From assembly GCF_902713615.1 (NCBI RefSeq), contig NC_052152.1:35129810-35193809 (forward strand): DNA of 64,000 nucleotides. The letters run 5' to 3'. Source of the DNA: Scyliorhinus canicula. Its lineage: Eukaryota. The notes under the pieces were generated by a model, which did not search any database, had not been told where the DNA came from, and saw only the letters and a program-made list of their open reading frames with translations. Within the stretch, counting starts at the first letter, position 1. The number at the start of each line of letters is the position of its first letter. Positions 46,690 to 60,751 of the stretch are shown here, piece by piece. The translations under genes and the position numbers were made by a program.

Positions 46690-48215
46690 ATTGGACGGCC
46701 ATGGCAGGGAAAGTGATGTGCTTTAATTGCAACATATGAGAGTTCAATCCCAGACAGCCATCTCCGTAAGTGCAGCTTGAGCAACTTCGGCTCAGAGTTG
46801 TTGAGCTCCAGAGGCAAAAAGGAAAAGTTACATGGACATTTGATTCTCAGTGGCAGTCACACCCCTTAGATTAAGTAAACTTTAGAATTGGTCAGTGGTC
46901 TGGGACAGGAGTGTGTGATTGTGTGTATGGGGATCCAGGATTCCATGATGGAAGAGCATCTGCCTTTGCCTTTGGCCAACAGGTACGAAGTACACTGCCT
47001 GTATGGATGAAAGTAAGGACTGCAGAGTGGATCAATAGTGCAGGGACCCACTTAAGTGAGGGAAGTGAAAAAGAATGTGGTTGAGATAGGGAACGGTATA
47101 CTGTAGTACTGGAGATAAATAATGTTCTTTGCAGCTCTGGTAGTTCTGAATGATGTATTCCCTACCAGATTCATAGACATCCTTGTGGTTGGAGCCAAAT
47201 TGGAGGAAGGATCCAGTTGTTGTGCTCACGGAAGAACCAACAACATAGGTAGAACTAGGAATTATATTCTGCTGATAAATTTGGTGAATTTACGGTCCAA
47301 ATTAATCTTCTGTACCTCAAAAGTAATAATCTCTGGATTGTGACCTGAGCTATGGGCCAAGTGCAATGGATCTTGGAAACAAGTGAATTAAATGCATGGT
47401 TCAAAGATTTGTCTAGGAATAAGGGATTTGATTCATGGACACTGGGGAAATAATAATAATAATCACTTATTGTCACAAGTAGGCTTCAATGAAGTTACTG
47501 TGAAAAGCCCCTAGTCACCACATTCTGGCACCTGTTCGGGAGGCTGGAACGCAAATTGAACTTGTGCTTCTGGTCTTGTTCTGCATTGCAAGCCAGCTGT
47601 CTTAGCACACTGTGCTAAACCAGCCCCTAATAAGGAGTTGTTCATCAGGATGGGATCCACTTAAACCAGGATGAGATCAGCGTGAATCTTTTACAAGGGC
47701 TATGTATAGGGCTTTAATCTAAAAGGCGTGGGAGTGGTCAGGTAAAGGGAAATTTAGAAATCCAAGGAGAAAGTTTGAGACATCACAGCAGTATAGTGAT
47801 TTGAATAAAGACAAGTAGAGTGGAACAGGAAGGGACAGAGAGTCTAATGGTAATAGTGCATAGGGTGAAATGTCCATGCAAAGAATAGTGGTGTCAAAAA
47901 AATTAAAGGCTCTTTACCTGAATGCAAGAGGCATTCATAACAAACGAGGCACAATATAAATAAATGAGTTTAATATAATCACCGTTGCGGAGAGATGATT
48001 GCAAGGTGACCAAGTTTGAGAAATTAATGTTCCAGGGTCCACAACATTTCAGAAAGGCCGACGGTATGGAAAATGAGGAGGAGTAAAGGATGTCATAAGG
48101 ACAATAATAAGAAAGGTCTTTAGCTCAGAAGACACAGAGGCGGAATCAGTATGGTTGGAAATTGGAACTAACAAGGAACCCAAAAACTTTGGTGGAAATA
48201 GTTTATAGGCCCTTT
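46690..48215 (+). mobile_element. Decayed CR1 5' part (ORF1 and endonuclease start)
   Basis: HGRTNNIGR esterase-like and LYLNARGI endonuclease-like remnants. Confidence 0.6.
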
Positions 48216-50041
48216 GAGCGTAGTTTAAAATTTTTTATTGGAATGTGGGCTCTGCTGGTTAGGCCAGCATTATTGCCCATCTCTAATTGCCCTTCAGAAG
48301 GTGGTGATGAGCCGTCGTCTTTGAACTGCAGCATTCCATGTGATGGAGGTACATCCACAATGCTGTTAGGGAGGGAGTTCTAGGATTTGGGCCCAGTGAC
48401 TGAAGAAATGGTGATATAGTTCCAAGTCATGATGTGTGGCTTGGAGAGGAACTTACAAATGGTGGTTTTACCATGCATTTGCTGTCCTTATTCTTCTAGG
48501 TGGTAGTGGTCACGGTTTGGAAGGTGCTATTGAAGGAGTCTTCGTGAGTTGCTGAGATTTGTCTTGTAGATGGTGGTGGAAGAAGTTATGTTTAAGGTGG
48601 TGGATGGGGTGCTGGTGTTGTTGGAGCTGCAATCATCCAGGCTAGTGGAGACTATGGATCACATTCCTGACTTGCGCCTTGCGGACAACCTAGGGGAATC
48701 AGGAGGTGAATTAGTCATAACAGAATTCCCAGTCTTTGACCTGCTCTTGTAGCCACTGTATGTATATGGCCTATCCGGTTCAGGTTCTAGTCAACGATAA
48801 CCCCCAGAATATTGATGGTGGGGAATTCAGTATGGTAGTGCCAATGATTGCCATGGGAAGATGGTTAGGTTCTCTCTTGCTGGAGATGGTCATTGTCTGG
48901 CGCAAATGTCAGTTATGAGCCCAAGCCTGAATATTGTGGAAGTTTTGGTGCATATAAACACAGACTGCTTCAGTATCTGAGGAGTCGCAAATAATGCTGA
49001 ACTTTGTGCGCTCATCAACTAACAACCCCAGTTTTGACTTTATGATGGAGGGAAGGCCATTAATGAAGCAGCTGAATATGGTTATGCTGAGGATACTCCT
49101 TTTGAGGAACTCTTGTGGCTATTGTAGAAACATATAAAATAGGAGCAGGAGGAGGCCGTTCGACCCTTTGAGCCTACTCCGCCATTCATTTTGATCATGG
49201 CTGATCATCCAACTCAGTAACCTGTTCCTGCTTTCCCCTCATACCCTTTGATCGCTTTAGCCCCAAGAGCTATATCTAACTGCTTCTTGAAAATATACAA
49301 TATTTTGACCTCAACTGTTTTCTGTGGTAGAGAATACCACAGACCGACCACACTCTAGGTGGTGTTAAATATATTGTTAGATTGTGATCCCTGGTTCTGG
49401 ACTCTGCCGCCAATGGGAACATCTTTCCTCATCTGTCCTGTCTTGCCGTTTTGCCATTTAAGAGGTTTCTATGAGATCATCCTTAATCCTCTAAACTCCA
49501 GCAAATATAATCCTATCCAAGTCAATTTCTCCCCCTACTCCTGCCCCACTTCAGAGGTGAATGAAATTTCAGGCTTGTGTTGATTCAGATTCCCCCTACT
49601 GCCTCGGGAAAGTGGGCAGCATAATCAAAGACCTTTCCCAACTGGGTTATTCTCTCTTCCAACCTCTTCCATCAGACAGGAGATACACAAGTCTGAGAAC
49701 GCGCACTGACAGGCTCAAAAACAGCTTCTTCCCCACTGTTGCCAGACTCCTGAATGACCCTCTTATGGACTGAGCTGATCTCTCCACACGTCGTCTCTAC
49801 TGAGGAGTACTACACTCCTTATGCTTCTGGGACTGGAATGATTGACCACTAGCAACCACAACCATGTACCTTTGTGCTCAGTATGATTCCAACTGGTGGA
49901 GAGCTTTCCCCCGATTCTCATTGACTCTAGTTTGCTTGGGCTCCTTGATGCCACACTGAGTCAAATGCTGCCTTGATGTCACTCTCACCTCACTTCTTTT
50001 TTTTTTCCAAAGACATTTTATTCCAAACATACACAATATCA

Positions 50042-53000
50042 ACTTCTGGTGGCGGCTATGAGGGAGTAAGTTGCATATTTGGTGGCTCCCACTCTGGCCG
50101 GACTTTTGGACTTTTCCCCCAACTTTTTTGCGCTTTTGAGCGCTGGATTGGAAAGTAATAGTACTCAGGCACTGAATCCATACAGAGATGTATAGAACTA
50201 AGAAGTAGGAAGGCTCGCAAACAGCTGAAGCAGTGGATAAGTAAAGGCAAGGGGGAGGCTATGAGTGAAACCAATATGGCCGATGTCCAGACCCCGGCGC
50301 CGCCAAATCAGCCTACAATGGAGCACCTGCTGCAGGTTATGCAGGAGAGCTTCCTAGCACTGAAAAGTGATCATTTGGAACCGCTCCAGAAATCGTTTGA
50401 CCGAATGGAGAAAAGGCTGGATACCCAGGCTGAGAAGATCCAGGAGCTGGAGAAGACAGTGGAGGAGCAGGCGGATTTTCAAACGATGGCGGACGTGGAG
50501 ATTCGTAGGTTGAGAGACCAACAAAAAATGCTCCTGGAAAAGCTGGAGAACAAGTCTCGCCGGCAGAATTTACGAATCGTTGGCCTCCCGGAGGAGGCCA
50601 AGGGGCTGGATGCTGCCGCGTATGTGGCAGATAGGTTCAAGAAGCTGCTGGGGAACGAGGTGTTCCTTCGCCTGCCGGAGGTGGACAGGGCACATAGAGC
50701 ACAGGTGAGGCAGCCGCGGCTAGGGGGTCCCTCACGAGTGATGATGGTCCGGTTCCACAGGTTCCTGGATAAGGAGCAGGTTCTTCAATGGGCCAAGAGC
50801 ACGAGGAGCTGCAACTGGGATAATAGCACCCTGCGCTTTTACCAAGACCTGAGCGCAGAGGTGGCCAGAAGGAGGGCAGGCTGACCTATGGAGATTTAGT
50901 CGGCCGTTGGCGAAGGAGATTTTGTTCTATTCTCACATCCACAAGGTGTATTCCCGAATCGATTTCTTTATCATAAGCAGGGACTTGCTGACAGGGATTT
51001 TTTTTATTTATTTCTTTATTTTTTATAAATTTAGAGTACCCAATTCATTTTTCCAATTAAGGGGCAATTTAGCGTGACCAATCCACCTACCCTGCACATC
51101 TTTTGGGTTGTGGGGGTGAAACCCACGCAAACACTGGGAGAATGTGCAATCTCCACACGGACAGTGACCCAGAGCCGGGATCTAACCTGGGACCTCGGCG
51201 CCATGAGGCAGCAGGGCTAACCCACTGCGCCACTGTGCTGCACTTGCTGACAGGGATGACGGGTGCAGAATATTCGACAATTACCATCTTGGACCATGCT
51301 CCGCACTGGGTTGATCTGCAGATTTGCAAAGATAGCTTTCAGCGCCCACAATGAAGGCTGGAAGTTGGACTGCTGGCGGACGAGATGGTGTGTCAGAGGC
51401 TGAGGAAATGCATGCATAATTACCTGCAGGTAAATGATACTGGAGCAGTCTCAGCAGCGGTGCTCTGGGAAGTGCTGAAGGCAGTGGTGAGAGGGGAGCT
51501 GATTTCAATCCGAGCCCATAGGGACAGGACAGACAGGGCAGAAATGGACCGACTGGTTAAGGAAATTTTACGGACGGACAGGAGCTGTGCGGAGTCCCCG
51601 AGGCCAGAGTTACTTAGGAAATGACAGAGGCTGCAGACCGAGTTTGGGGTGTTGTCTACAGGGAAGGCCGTAGAGCAGCTTAGAAGGGCAAAGGGTACAA
51701 TATACGAGGATGGGGAGAAGGCCAGCAGAATGCTTGCACAGCAACTAAGAAAGAGAGAAGCGGCTAGGTAAATAGGAAAGGTAGTTGACGGGGAGGGAAA
51801 CCTGGTGGGGGACCCGGTAGGACTGAACAAGGTGTTTAGGGACTTCTATTGCAAGCTGTACACCTCGAAACCCCCCACGGAACCGGAGGGGATGAGGCGC
51901 TTTTTGGACGGACTGACCTTCCCAAGAGTAGGTAGGGGTTGGTAGACAGGCTGGGGGCCCCGATCAGGACTGAAGAAGTACTGGGGGGCCTGAAGGTCAT
52001 GCAGTTGGGTAAAGCCCCGGGGCCGGACGGATACCCGGTGGAGTTTTATAAAAAGTTCTCCGAGATAGTGGGGCTGGTGCTGGTCAGGGTGTTCAACGAG
52101 ACAAGAGACAGAGGGCTCTTACCCCTGATGATGTCGCAGACCACTATCTCGCTTATACTGAAGCGGGATGAAAACCCGGAGGCATGTGGGTCCTATAGGC
52201 CAATCTCTTTGATTAACGCAGATGCTAAGTTACTGGCCAAGATCTTGGCGTCTTAAATTGAGGACGTGTACCGGACATGACTGCGGAGGTCCAAACCGGG
52301 TTTGTAAAGGGCAGGCAACTGGTGGCCAATCTAAGGAGGCTGCTCAATGTGATTATGATGCCCCGGGAGAGCAGGGAGGCAGAGGTGGTGGTAGCAATGG
52401 ATGCCGAAAAGGCTTTCGACCGGGCTGTGTGGGACTATTTATGGGAGGTGCTGGGACGTTTTGGTTCGGGGTGGGATTCCTTGACTGGGTTAGGCTGCTA
52501 TATCAGGCCCCAGAGGCTAGTGTGAGGACCAACAGGACGACATCTGACTACTTCAGACTGCACCATGGGACTAGACTGCTGCTGTTTGCACTGGCTATAG
52601 AGCCGCTGGCAATTGCTCTGAGAGGTTCAAGGCACTGGAAAGGGCTGTTCCGGTGGGGGGAGTGGAACATAAAGTTTCGTTATATGCGGATGACCTGCTG
52701 TTATACGTGTCAGACCCAATGGCGGGGTTGGACGGAATCATGGAAATCCTGAGGGAATTTGGTCGGTTCTCAGGATACAAATTGAACATGGCAAAGAGCG
52801 AGTTGTGGGTAGTGCAGGCGAGAGGTTAGGAGAGTAGGCTGAGGGGGCTGCCGTTCAGGCTGGAAGGGGAAAGCTTCAGATATTTAGGGATACAAGTAGC
52901 GCGGGACTGGGGTAAGTTGCATAAGCTAAACTTGTCCCGGTTGATGGAGCAAGTGAGGGACGGGTTCCGGAGATGGGATGCGCTCCCGCTGTCATTAGCG

Positions 53001-53511
53001 GGGAGAGTGCAGACGGTGCAGATGACGATTCTCCCGAGATTCTTGTTCAGTATCTCCCCATTTTCATCCCGAGGTCCTTCTTTAAGAGGCTAGATAAAAT
53101 TATCCTGGGATATGTTTGGGCGGGAAAGTCCCCACGGGTGAGGAAGGCGATGCTCAAGAGGAACCGAGGAGATGGGGGTGCTGGCATTGCCGAACTTTAG
53201 CAACTGCTACTGGGCAGCTAACATAGCCATGGTAAGGAAATGGATGGTGGGACGGGGTCGGTTTGGTAGCGGATGGAGGCTGCTTCGTGCGGGGGCACCA
53301 GTTTGGCAGCCGTGGTTATGGCGCCTCTGCCGCTCCCGCCGGCACGATATTCCACCAGCTCTATATAGTGGTGGCGGCTCTACGGACCTGGGGATAGTGG
53401 GGGAGGCATATAGGGGAAGTGTGAGCATCGGTTTGGTCCCCAATCTCCTGGAAGGGAGCTTCCCTAGCAAGAGTGTGTTGGAGGAGAAGTTCGGGCTGGC
53501 GAGAGGGAATC

Positions 53512-53545
<34 letters not shown>

Positions 53546-54412
53546 GGGGGATCCAGGACAGGGTAGTTTCCAGAGGGGAGAGTCTCCGACATCTATAAAG
53601 AACTAATGGGAGCAGAGGAGGCACAGACCGAAGAACTGAAGGTTAGGTGGGAGGAGGAGCTCGGGGGGGGGGGGGGGGGGGGGGGCGAGATAGAGGACGG
53701 CATATGGGTAGACGCTTTGAGTAGAGTAAACACGACCACAACATGCGCCAGGCTCAGTGATCCAGATTAAGGTCGTACATCGGACCCACATGATGGTTGC
53801 CTGGACGAGCAAATTCTTTGGGCTGGAGGATAAATGTGCTAGATGTGCCGGAGGACCAGCGAACCATGTACACATGTTCTGAGTGTGTCCTAAACTAAGG
53901 GGGTACTTACTGGCAGAGATTCGCGGACGTCATGTCCTGGGTATTGAAAACTAGGGTAGCAATGAGTCCTGAGGTGGCAATTTTGGGGGTTTCGGAGGAC
54001 CCGGGAGTCCAGGAGGAGAAAGAGGCCGCGTCTTGGCCTTTGCTTCCCTGGTAGCCTGGCAATGAATACTGTTGGCATGGAGGGACTCAAAGCTCTCGAA
54101 ATCTGAAGTATGGCTTTCGGACCTGGTGAGCTTTCTCGAGCTGGAGAAAATTAAGTTTGTCTTGAGAGGATCGCTGTCAGGGTTCGTCCAGAGGTGGCAG
54201 CCATTCGTTGACTTCTTCGCGGAGAATTAATCTTTAGCAGGGGAGAGGGGAGGGGGGTTAGGGTAGCGTAGAGTAGGGGGTTGCTTAGGCATGTTCTTGC
54301 AAGAGGAGAGCCGATGCTTACATTATGTCTTATTTGCTTTTTGTACACTACGGTATAATGTTGCTCTTGTTTATGCCAAAATTACCTCAATAAAATTGTT
54401 TATTAAAAAAAA
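50042..54412 (+). mobile_element. L1-clade LINE, near full length with internal deletions
   Basis: ORF1 50261-50884 (LENKSRRQNLRIVGLPE); KAPGPDG, YRPISLIN, DAEKAFD, YADD; AATAAA plus A-tail; about 17-bp TSD AAACATAC(A/T)CAATATCA. Confidence 0.93.
50998..51241 (-). mobile_element. HE1-type SINE inside an L1, with TSD
   Basis: Flanked by ACTTGCTGACAGGGAT duplications. Confidence 0.92.
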
Positions 54413-54419
54413 CATACTC

Positions 54420-55815
54420 AATATCAACAAAATACATAGTCCAACAAAACATAGTTAACAATTTGTGCAATTTTCCCCTTTTTACTTCCTGCCCTTCCTC
54501 TTCACCCCCCCGTGACGAACAGCTCCTCAGATAAAGTCACGAATGACCTCCGTCGCACTTTGAAGCCCTCTTCTGATCCCCTCAGAGCGAGCTTAATCTT
54601 CTCCGCCCGAGGAAAATCGGACAAATCCCCGAGCCAGGCCACCACCCCTGGTGGTGTATCCGACCTCCAATTCAAAAGGATCCTTTGCCAAGCAATCAAA
54701 GTGGCGGAGGCCAGGATATCAGTCCCCTTACCCTCCAGCAGCCCTGGCTCCTCCAAAACCCCAAAGATTGCCACTATGGGGTCTGGCCTGATCCCGGCCC
54801 CCACTATCCTGGATAACGCCCCAAACACCGCCTCCCACAAATTCTCCAACTTCTCACAGCCCCAAAATAAGTGAGCATGATTCATCGGCCCCTGCCCACA
54901 CTTCTCCCACTCATCTGTTGCTCCTTGGAAAAACCCACTCATCCTTGCCCAAGTCATGTGTATCCTGTGCACCACTTTGAACTGAATTAAGCTCATCTTC
55001 ATGCAAGAGGAGGTTCAGTTCATTCGCCTCACACCAAAAGCCCCCATCCTATCTCCCTTCCCAATTCCTCCTCCCACTTACGCTTTATCCTTACCACCAG
55101 CGCTGTCCCATGCTCTCCCAACCACCTGTATATGTCCCTAATCCTTCCCTCCCCCAAGTCATCAGGAAGCAACAGTTGCTGTAATAACGTAATCCAGTTG
55201 CTGGGGGAATGTCGGCCACCCATTTTATGAAAAGCCTCGCACCTGCATATACCAAAACTCACTTCCCCTTGGTAAGTCAAACCTTTCCCGCAGCTCGTCC
55301 AGTCCAGCAAACTTCCCCTCTGAGAACATATGCCTAACCCGCCCCAGCCCCATCGCCCTCCACTTCCCATACATCCCGTCCATCCCCCCAGCCTAAACCT
55401 AAGGTTCCCACACAGTGGCGTCAACACTGAAATTTTATCAAACTTAAAATGCCGCCTCAATTGGTTATATATCCTAATACTGTAGTCAACTCCACCACCG
55501 GACTCCTCCCCGTCTACTTCCCTGGGGCTAATGGCAACGGGGCCTTCAAACTAAACCCCTGCAGCACTCCTCACCCAACCCAACCCATTCTGCCCACGTC
55601 CTCACTCATCTCCACATTTCCACCCCAGTAATAATGCATCAGGTTCCGGAGCACCAGTCCCCCATTCTGTCTCTGCCTCTGTACCAAAGCCCTCTTTACC
55701 CTCGGTACCTTTCCCACCCATATGAACTCCTAAATCAGTGCCTCAACCCTCTGGAAAAATACCTTGGGGAGAAAGATCAGGAGGGTCTGAAGGACAAACA
55801 GGAACCTTGGCAGCA
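54420..55815 (-). mobile_element. L1-clade 3' fragment (its polyA end lies at 49997-50040, split off by the plus-strand L1)
   Basis: LIQFKVVHR, HLFWGC zinc-knuckle region. Confidence 0.85.
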
Positions 55816-55818
55816 CAT

Positions 55819-56090
55819 TGGCGGCACGGTAGCACAGTGGTTAGCACTGTTGCTTCAAAGTACTAGGGAACCGGATTCGATTCCCAGCTTGGGTCACTGC
55901 TTGTGCGGTTTCCTCCGGGTTCTCCGGTTTCCTCCCACAATTCCCGAAAGACGTGCTTGCTAGGTGAATTGGACATTCTGAATTCTCCCTCAGTGTACCC
56001 GAAAAGGCCGGAGTGTGGCGACTAGGGGATTTTCACAGTAACTTCATTGCAGTGTAAGCCTAATTGTGACACTAATAAAGATTAGATTAG
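55819..56090 (+). mobile_element. HE1-type SINE
   Basis: Same consensus. Confidence 0.85.
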
Positions 56091-58366
56091 ACGGTCATCT
56101 TTACCATCAGCACCGTTCCTGCCAATGTAAAGTGCAAAGTATCCCACCTCTTGAAATCTCCTCCTTTTGTATGAAAAATATTTTATTGAGGAATATATAT
56201 ATATATATATATATCAAACACAACCATCAAACAAAACAAGCAAACACGGCTGCAAATAATCAAACCATCTAAAATACCCAAACCTTACCATCCCACCTCC
56301 CGCTCCCCTACCTCCTTTTTACCCCAACTGTTGACATCTTAACTATCTTTGAAGAAGTCGATGAACGGCTGCCATCTCTGGGCAAACCCCTCCACAGACA
56401 CCTTCAAGGTGAACATTATCTTCTCAACCTGGGGAACTCTCCCAGGTCACTCACCCAAACTCAGCTTTCAGTAGCGCCGAATCCTGCCACTCCAATAAGA
56501 TCTGTCTGGCTACCAAGGAGGCAAAGGCCAAAACATTGGCCTTTCTTGCCCCCTGGACACCCGGGTCTTCTGACACTCCAAAGATCGCCACTTCTGGACT
56601 CGGAGCCACCTACATCTTCAAGACCTCTGACATAACGTTGGCAAACCCCTGCCAGAAATCCCAAGCTTCAGACAGGCCCAAAACATGTGGATATGATTTG
56701 CAGGCACACCCGCACACCACCCATACCTATCCTCCACCCCTTCAAAAAACCTGCTCATCCTGGCCACAGTCATGTGCACCCTGTGTACCACCTTAAACTG
56801 AATAAGGCTAAACCTAGTACAGAACGAGGACGTGTTCACCCTCCTCAAAGCCTCCTCCCACAACCCAGCCTCCATCTCCCTCCCCAACTACTCCTCTCAC
56901 TTACACTTCACTACTCCTATTGGGGCTTTCTACCAATCCATCAAGTCCTTATATATTTCCGACACTTTAGCCTCACCTACCCCTGTTTTTGACACCACTT
57001 TGGCCTGTAGCCCTGGGGCGGCAGATGGGCGAAGGATGGTACCTGCTTCCTAACAAAATCCCTCACCTGTCAATACCGGAACCCATTCAGGTGGGTAAAT
57101 CAAATTTCTCCACCAACCCCTCTAAGCTCAAGAGGTTTCCCCGAACGAATAGATCCCCAAACCATGCCAGTTGCCACCTCCCGTCCAGCCCCCCACCTGG
57201 TGCAAATGGATGATTCCCGAAGATCGGTGCCCAAACTGAGGCCCCCTCCAGCCTCAGGTGCTGCCCCCGCTGCCTCAGGGCTGCCATCAATACCAGGTGT
57301 GTAGAGTACCTGGCCGGCGAGATCGGTAAAGGTGCCATCAACAATGCCCCCAAACTTGAGTCTTTATAAGAGGCTGCCTCCATCTGCTCCCATACCAACC
57401 CCTCCCCCACTTCCTAACTATGGTATATTCGCTGCCCAATAGTAATTCATTAAATTTGGAAAAGCTAACCCGCCTTCCCCCCGACCGCACTCCAGCAGCA
57501 TCTTTTTCATCCGCGGGACTTTACCCGCCCAAACAAACTCCGAAATTAATGCATTCACCCTCCTAAAAAAAAGCCTTTGGAATGAAGATTGGGAGATTCT
57601 GGAACACAAATAAGAACCTCGGGAGAACCATCATCTTCACCGATTGCACCCATCCTGTCAGTGACAGCGGAAGCATATCCCACCTCCCAAAATCCCCCTT
57701 CATCTGCTCCACCAAACTGAGCCAGATTCAGCTTGTGCAGCTGCTTCCTCACCCACGCCACCTGAATGCCCAAAAACCAAAAGCTCGTCCCCACTTCTCT
57801 AAACGGCAACTCCCCCAGCCTCTTCTCCTGCCCCTTCCCTTGAATCAGAAAAACCTCGCTCTTCCCCATATTCAATTTGTATCCCGAGAACAGGCCAAAT
57901 CCTACCAAAATGCCTATAATCCCCCCAATAACTTCCAAAGGGTTTTATATATGTAGAGCAGTAGATCATCTATGTGCCCTATACTCCACCCCCCGCCGTG
58001 CTATCCCCTGCTAGTCCCTTGATGCTCTAAGCGCCATTGCCAACGGCTCTATGGCCAAAGCAAAGAGCAATCGGGAGAGTGGGCATCCCTGCCTCGTCCC
58101 CGGTACAACCTAAAATATTCTGAACGTTTGCACACTCGCTATCGGCGCCCGGTACAATAGCCGGACCCAATCCACAAATCCCTGCCCAAACCCAAACTGC
58201 CCCAGCAAGTCCCACAAATAGTCCCACTCCACCCGTTCAAAGGCCTTCTCTGCATCCATGGCGGCCATCACCTCCACACTACGTCCCTTCGGGGGCATCG
58301 TTATAACATTTAACAGTCGCCTGATGTTAGGCGACAAATGCCTCCCCTTAACAAACCCTGTCTGGT

Positions 58367-58595
58367 CAGCAGCAAGGTGGTTCAGTAGTTAGCACTGCTG
58401 CCTCACGGTGCTGAGGTCCCAGGTTCGATCCTGGCCTTGAGTCACTGTCTGTGTGGAGCTTGCACATTCTCCCCGTGTCTGCGAAGTTCTCATCTGCACA
58501 ACCCAAAGATGTGCAGGGTAGGTGGATTGGCCACACTAAATTGCCCCTTAATTAGAAAAAAAAAATTGGATACTCTAAATTTTTTTTTTTTTAAA
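58367..58595 (+). mobile_element. HE1-type SINE inside an L1
   Basis: Same consensus; imperfect TSD aaac.c.gtctggtc. Confidence 0.88.
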
Positions 58596-59367
58596 CGCCG
58601 TCTGGTCCACCCCTATCATCCCTGGCACACCATCCTCAATCCTTGAGGCCAGGATCTTGGCCAGCAACTTAGATCCACGTTTAATAACAAAATTGGCCTG
58701 TAGGACCCACATTGCTCCAGATCCTTTTCCCTTTTTAAAATTAAGGAGATCGAGGCCTGAAATAACGTAAGGGGGTCCACCCCTTGTTCCCTTGCCTCAT
58801 TGAACACCCTTACCAGCAAGGGCCCCAAGTACCCCTAAAACATTTTATAAAATTCCACCGGGCACCCGTCTGGCTCAGGGCCTTCACTGCTTGCATTGCC
58901 CCCATAGCCTCCACCACCTCCACCAGCCCAATGGGGGCTCCCAATCCCTCCACCAGATCCTCCTCCACCCTAGGGAACTCCAACCCCTTAAACAACGCCT
59001 CATTCCCTCCACCCCGCCAGAGGGTTCCGACTCATACAATCTCTTATAAAAGTCCCCAAACACCCCATCCACCCTCACCTGATCCAAGACGGTATTCCCC
59101 TTCCATATCCTTCATCTTCTGATCTCCCTCACTGCCTCCTGCTGCGACTGCATCCTACTGATACAACCCATCACCTTCCTTTGCTCCACTAGCTCCTCCA
59201 ATGCCTGCCTCTTCCCCTCCTCCAGCTCTGGGGGCTCCAACCCATCCAGAAACTGCCCATATCTTCCGCCTCTCCAACCAGTTTAGCCTTATATAACTTC
59301 TTGTAAAATCCCCTGTGCACCTCATTTATCTTTTCCAGCTCCAATACCAACTCCCTCTTCTCCGCCC

Positions 59368-60131
59368 TGTTGCTCTTTTATCTGAACCACAAGATGGAGT
59401 ATGTTCCATGTATTGGACAAATGACCACACAGCCAGTATATTAGTTCAATTACAGTTTATTATTAAACATAGGCTTGGTTCTACGTTCTATGCGTAATAA
59501 TCTACATGCAGCTACACATTAAACTATACCTAACAACTGAAATGACCTTTACTTAACTTCCAAGTGACTGGCTCTGTGCAGGTTAGATAAGGCCTTTATC
59601 TAGATCCTCACGTGTGGTGGCTGGAAATCGTCAGGTTCGTCTCGGCTGTGGCTCGTTCTTCAGGTAGCGATTGCGGGACCTTGAACTTGGCTGCGATTGG
59701 TGAGGCAGAGGCCGGTCCCCAAAAGAGGCTGAATACTGGTTGTGCAGTTCTTCTTATCCCCTGATCTTTTGCGCTCTTTTGAGCCGTCCCAACTTGGGAT
59801 CCAATGGATAATGAAGGTTTTGATTACCCTAATCGATTCTGGCCAGTTAGGGGCGGGTACCTCGATGGTTGGGCGAGTTCTAGCTGCTATTATCCAAGGC
59901 ATGTATGTACTCCCAAATAAGGTAAATAGGCACCCCGAGTCTGCTACTGCTGCTATGTTTCAATCTGTGTCCCATTGTCCTGGGGAAATTGGTGATTGAT
60001 CTTTAGCAGATGTGAGTTTCAGTTAGGACTGGTTTCCCTCTGCACAATACACAGGGGCTGTGTACCGTCTAGGTCCCAGCCTGACCACAATTCCCATTAT
60101 CCTTTGCGGGCGGCCATTTTAGATGGCCGCA
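59368..60131 (-). mobile_element. Solo LTR inside an L1 remnant (termini resemble 29640-30285)
   Basis: Minus-strand TGCGGCC..GAGCAACA, 4-bp TSD GCCC. Confidence 0.85.
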
Positions 60132-60751
60132 GCCCTTTCCTGCAAAATATTCCTAGAGTCTGCCTAATGCCACAATTGGTGGGCCAACATAGGACTCACA
60201 TTCTCCCCATGCCCATACTGCCCCACTGCCTTGCCTGTCATCAACCAATCAAACTGTCCCTGAAATTTCTTCCTTTCTGCCAACAACTCCTTCGTGGGGG
60301 CCGCCGAGTATCTTCTATCTACCTCAACTATCTTGTCTAACAGCTGCCGGTGCCCCTACCTCCTCCTCCTGTCCCTATGCGCCTTAGACAAAATAATCTC
60401 ACCTTGGATCACTGCCTTCAAAGTTCCCAAAACGTGGCCGCCGACACCTCAACATTCTGATTAAGCTCCACATAATTCCCAATCACCACCCTCACCTTCT
60501 CACAAAACGGCTGGTCTTCTGCCAGAATCCCGAATCCAACCTCCACCCCGGCCTTTGCACCTGTCCCAAACTGAGCCTCACATCGAACCAATGTGATCCG
60601 AGATCCCAATGTGATCCGAGATCACAATTCCCCTCACCTCAGTTATTGAGTTCAGCTCTTACGTCCATGTTTGGACTAAGGCGGTCAGGAGCTGAGTGGC
60701 TCTGGTGGAACCGAAACTGAGCATCTGTGAACAGGTTATTGCTGTGTATGT

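Larger units (their letters stand above)
56165..60630 (-). mobile_element. L1-clade ORF2 remnant interrupted by a SINE and a solo LTR
   Basis: YRPILLLN, DAEKAFE, SGYKLN, YYWAA, LIQFKVVHR motifs. Confidence 0.85.

Noticed and set aside
50261-50884. 207-aa coiled-coil ORF as a host gene (L1TD1-like)
   Set aside because: It is ORF1 of an L1 copy bounded by TSDs and truncated by an internal deletion.
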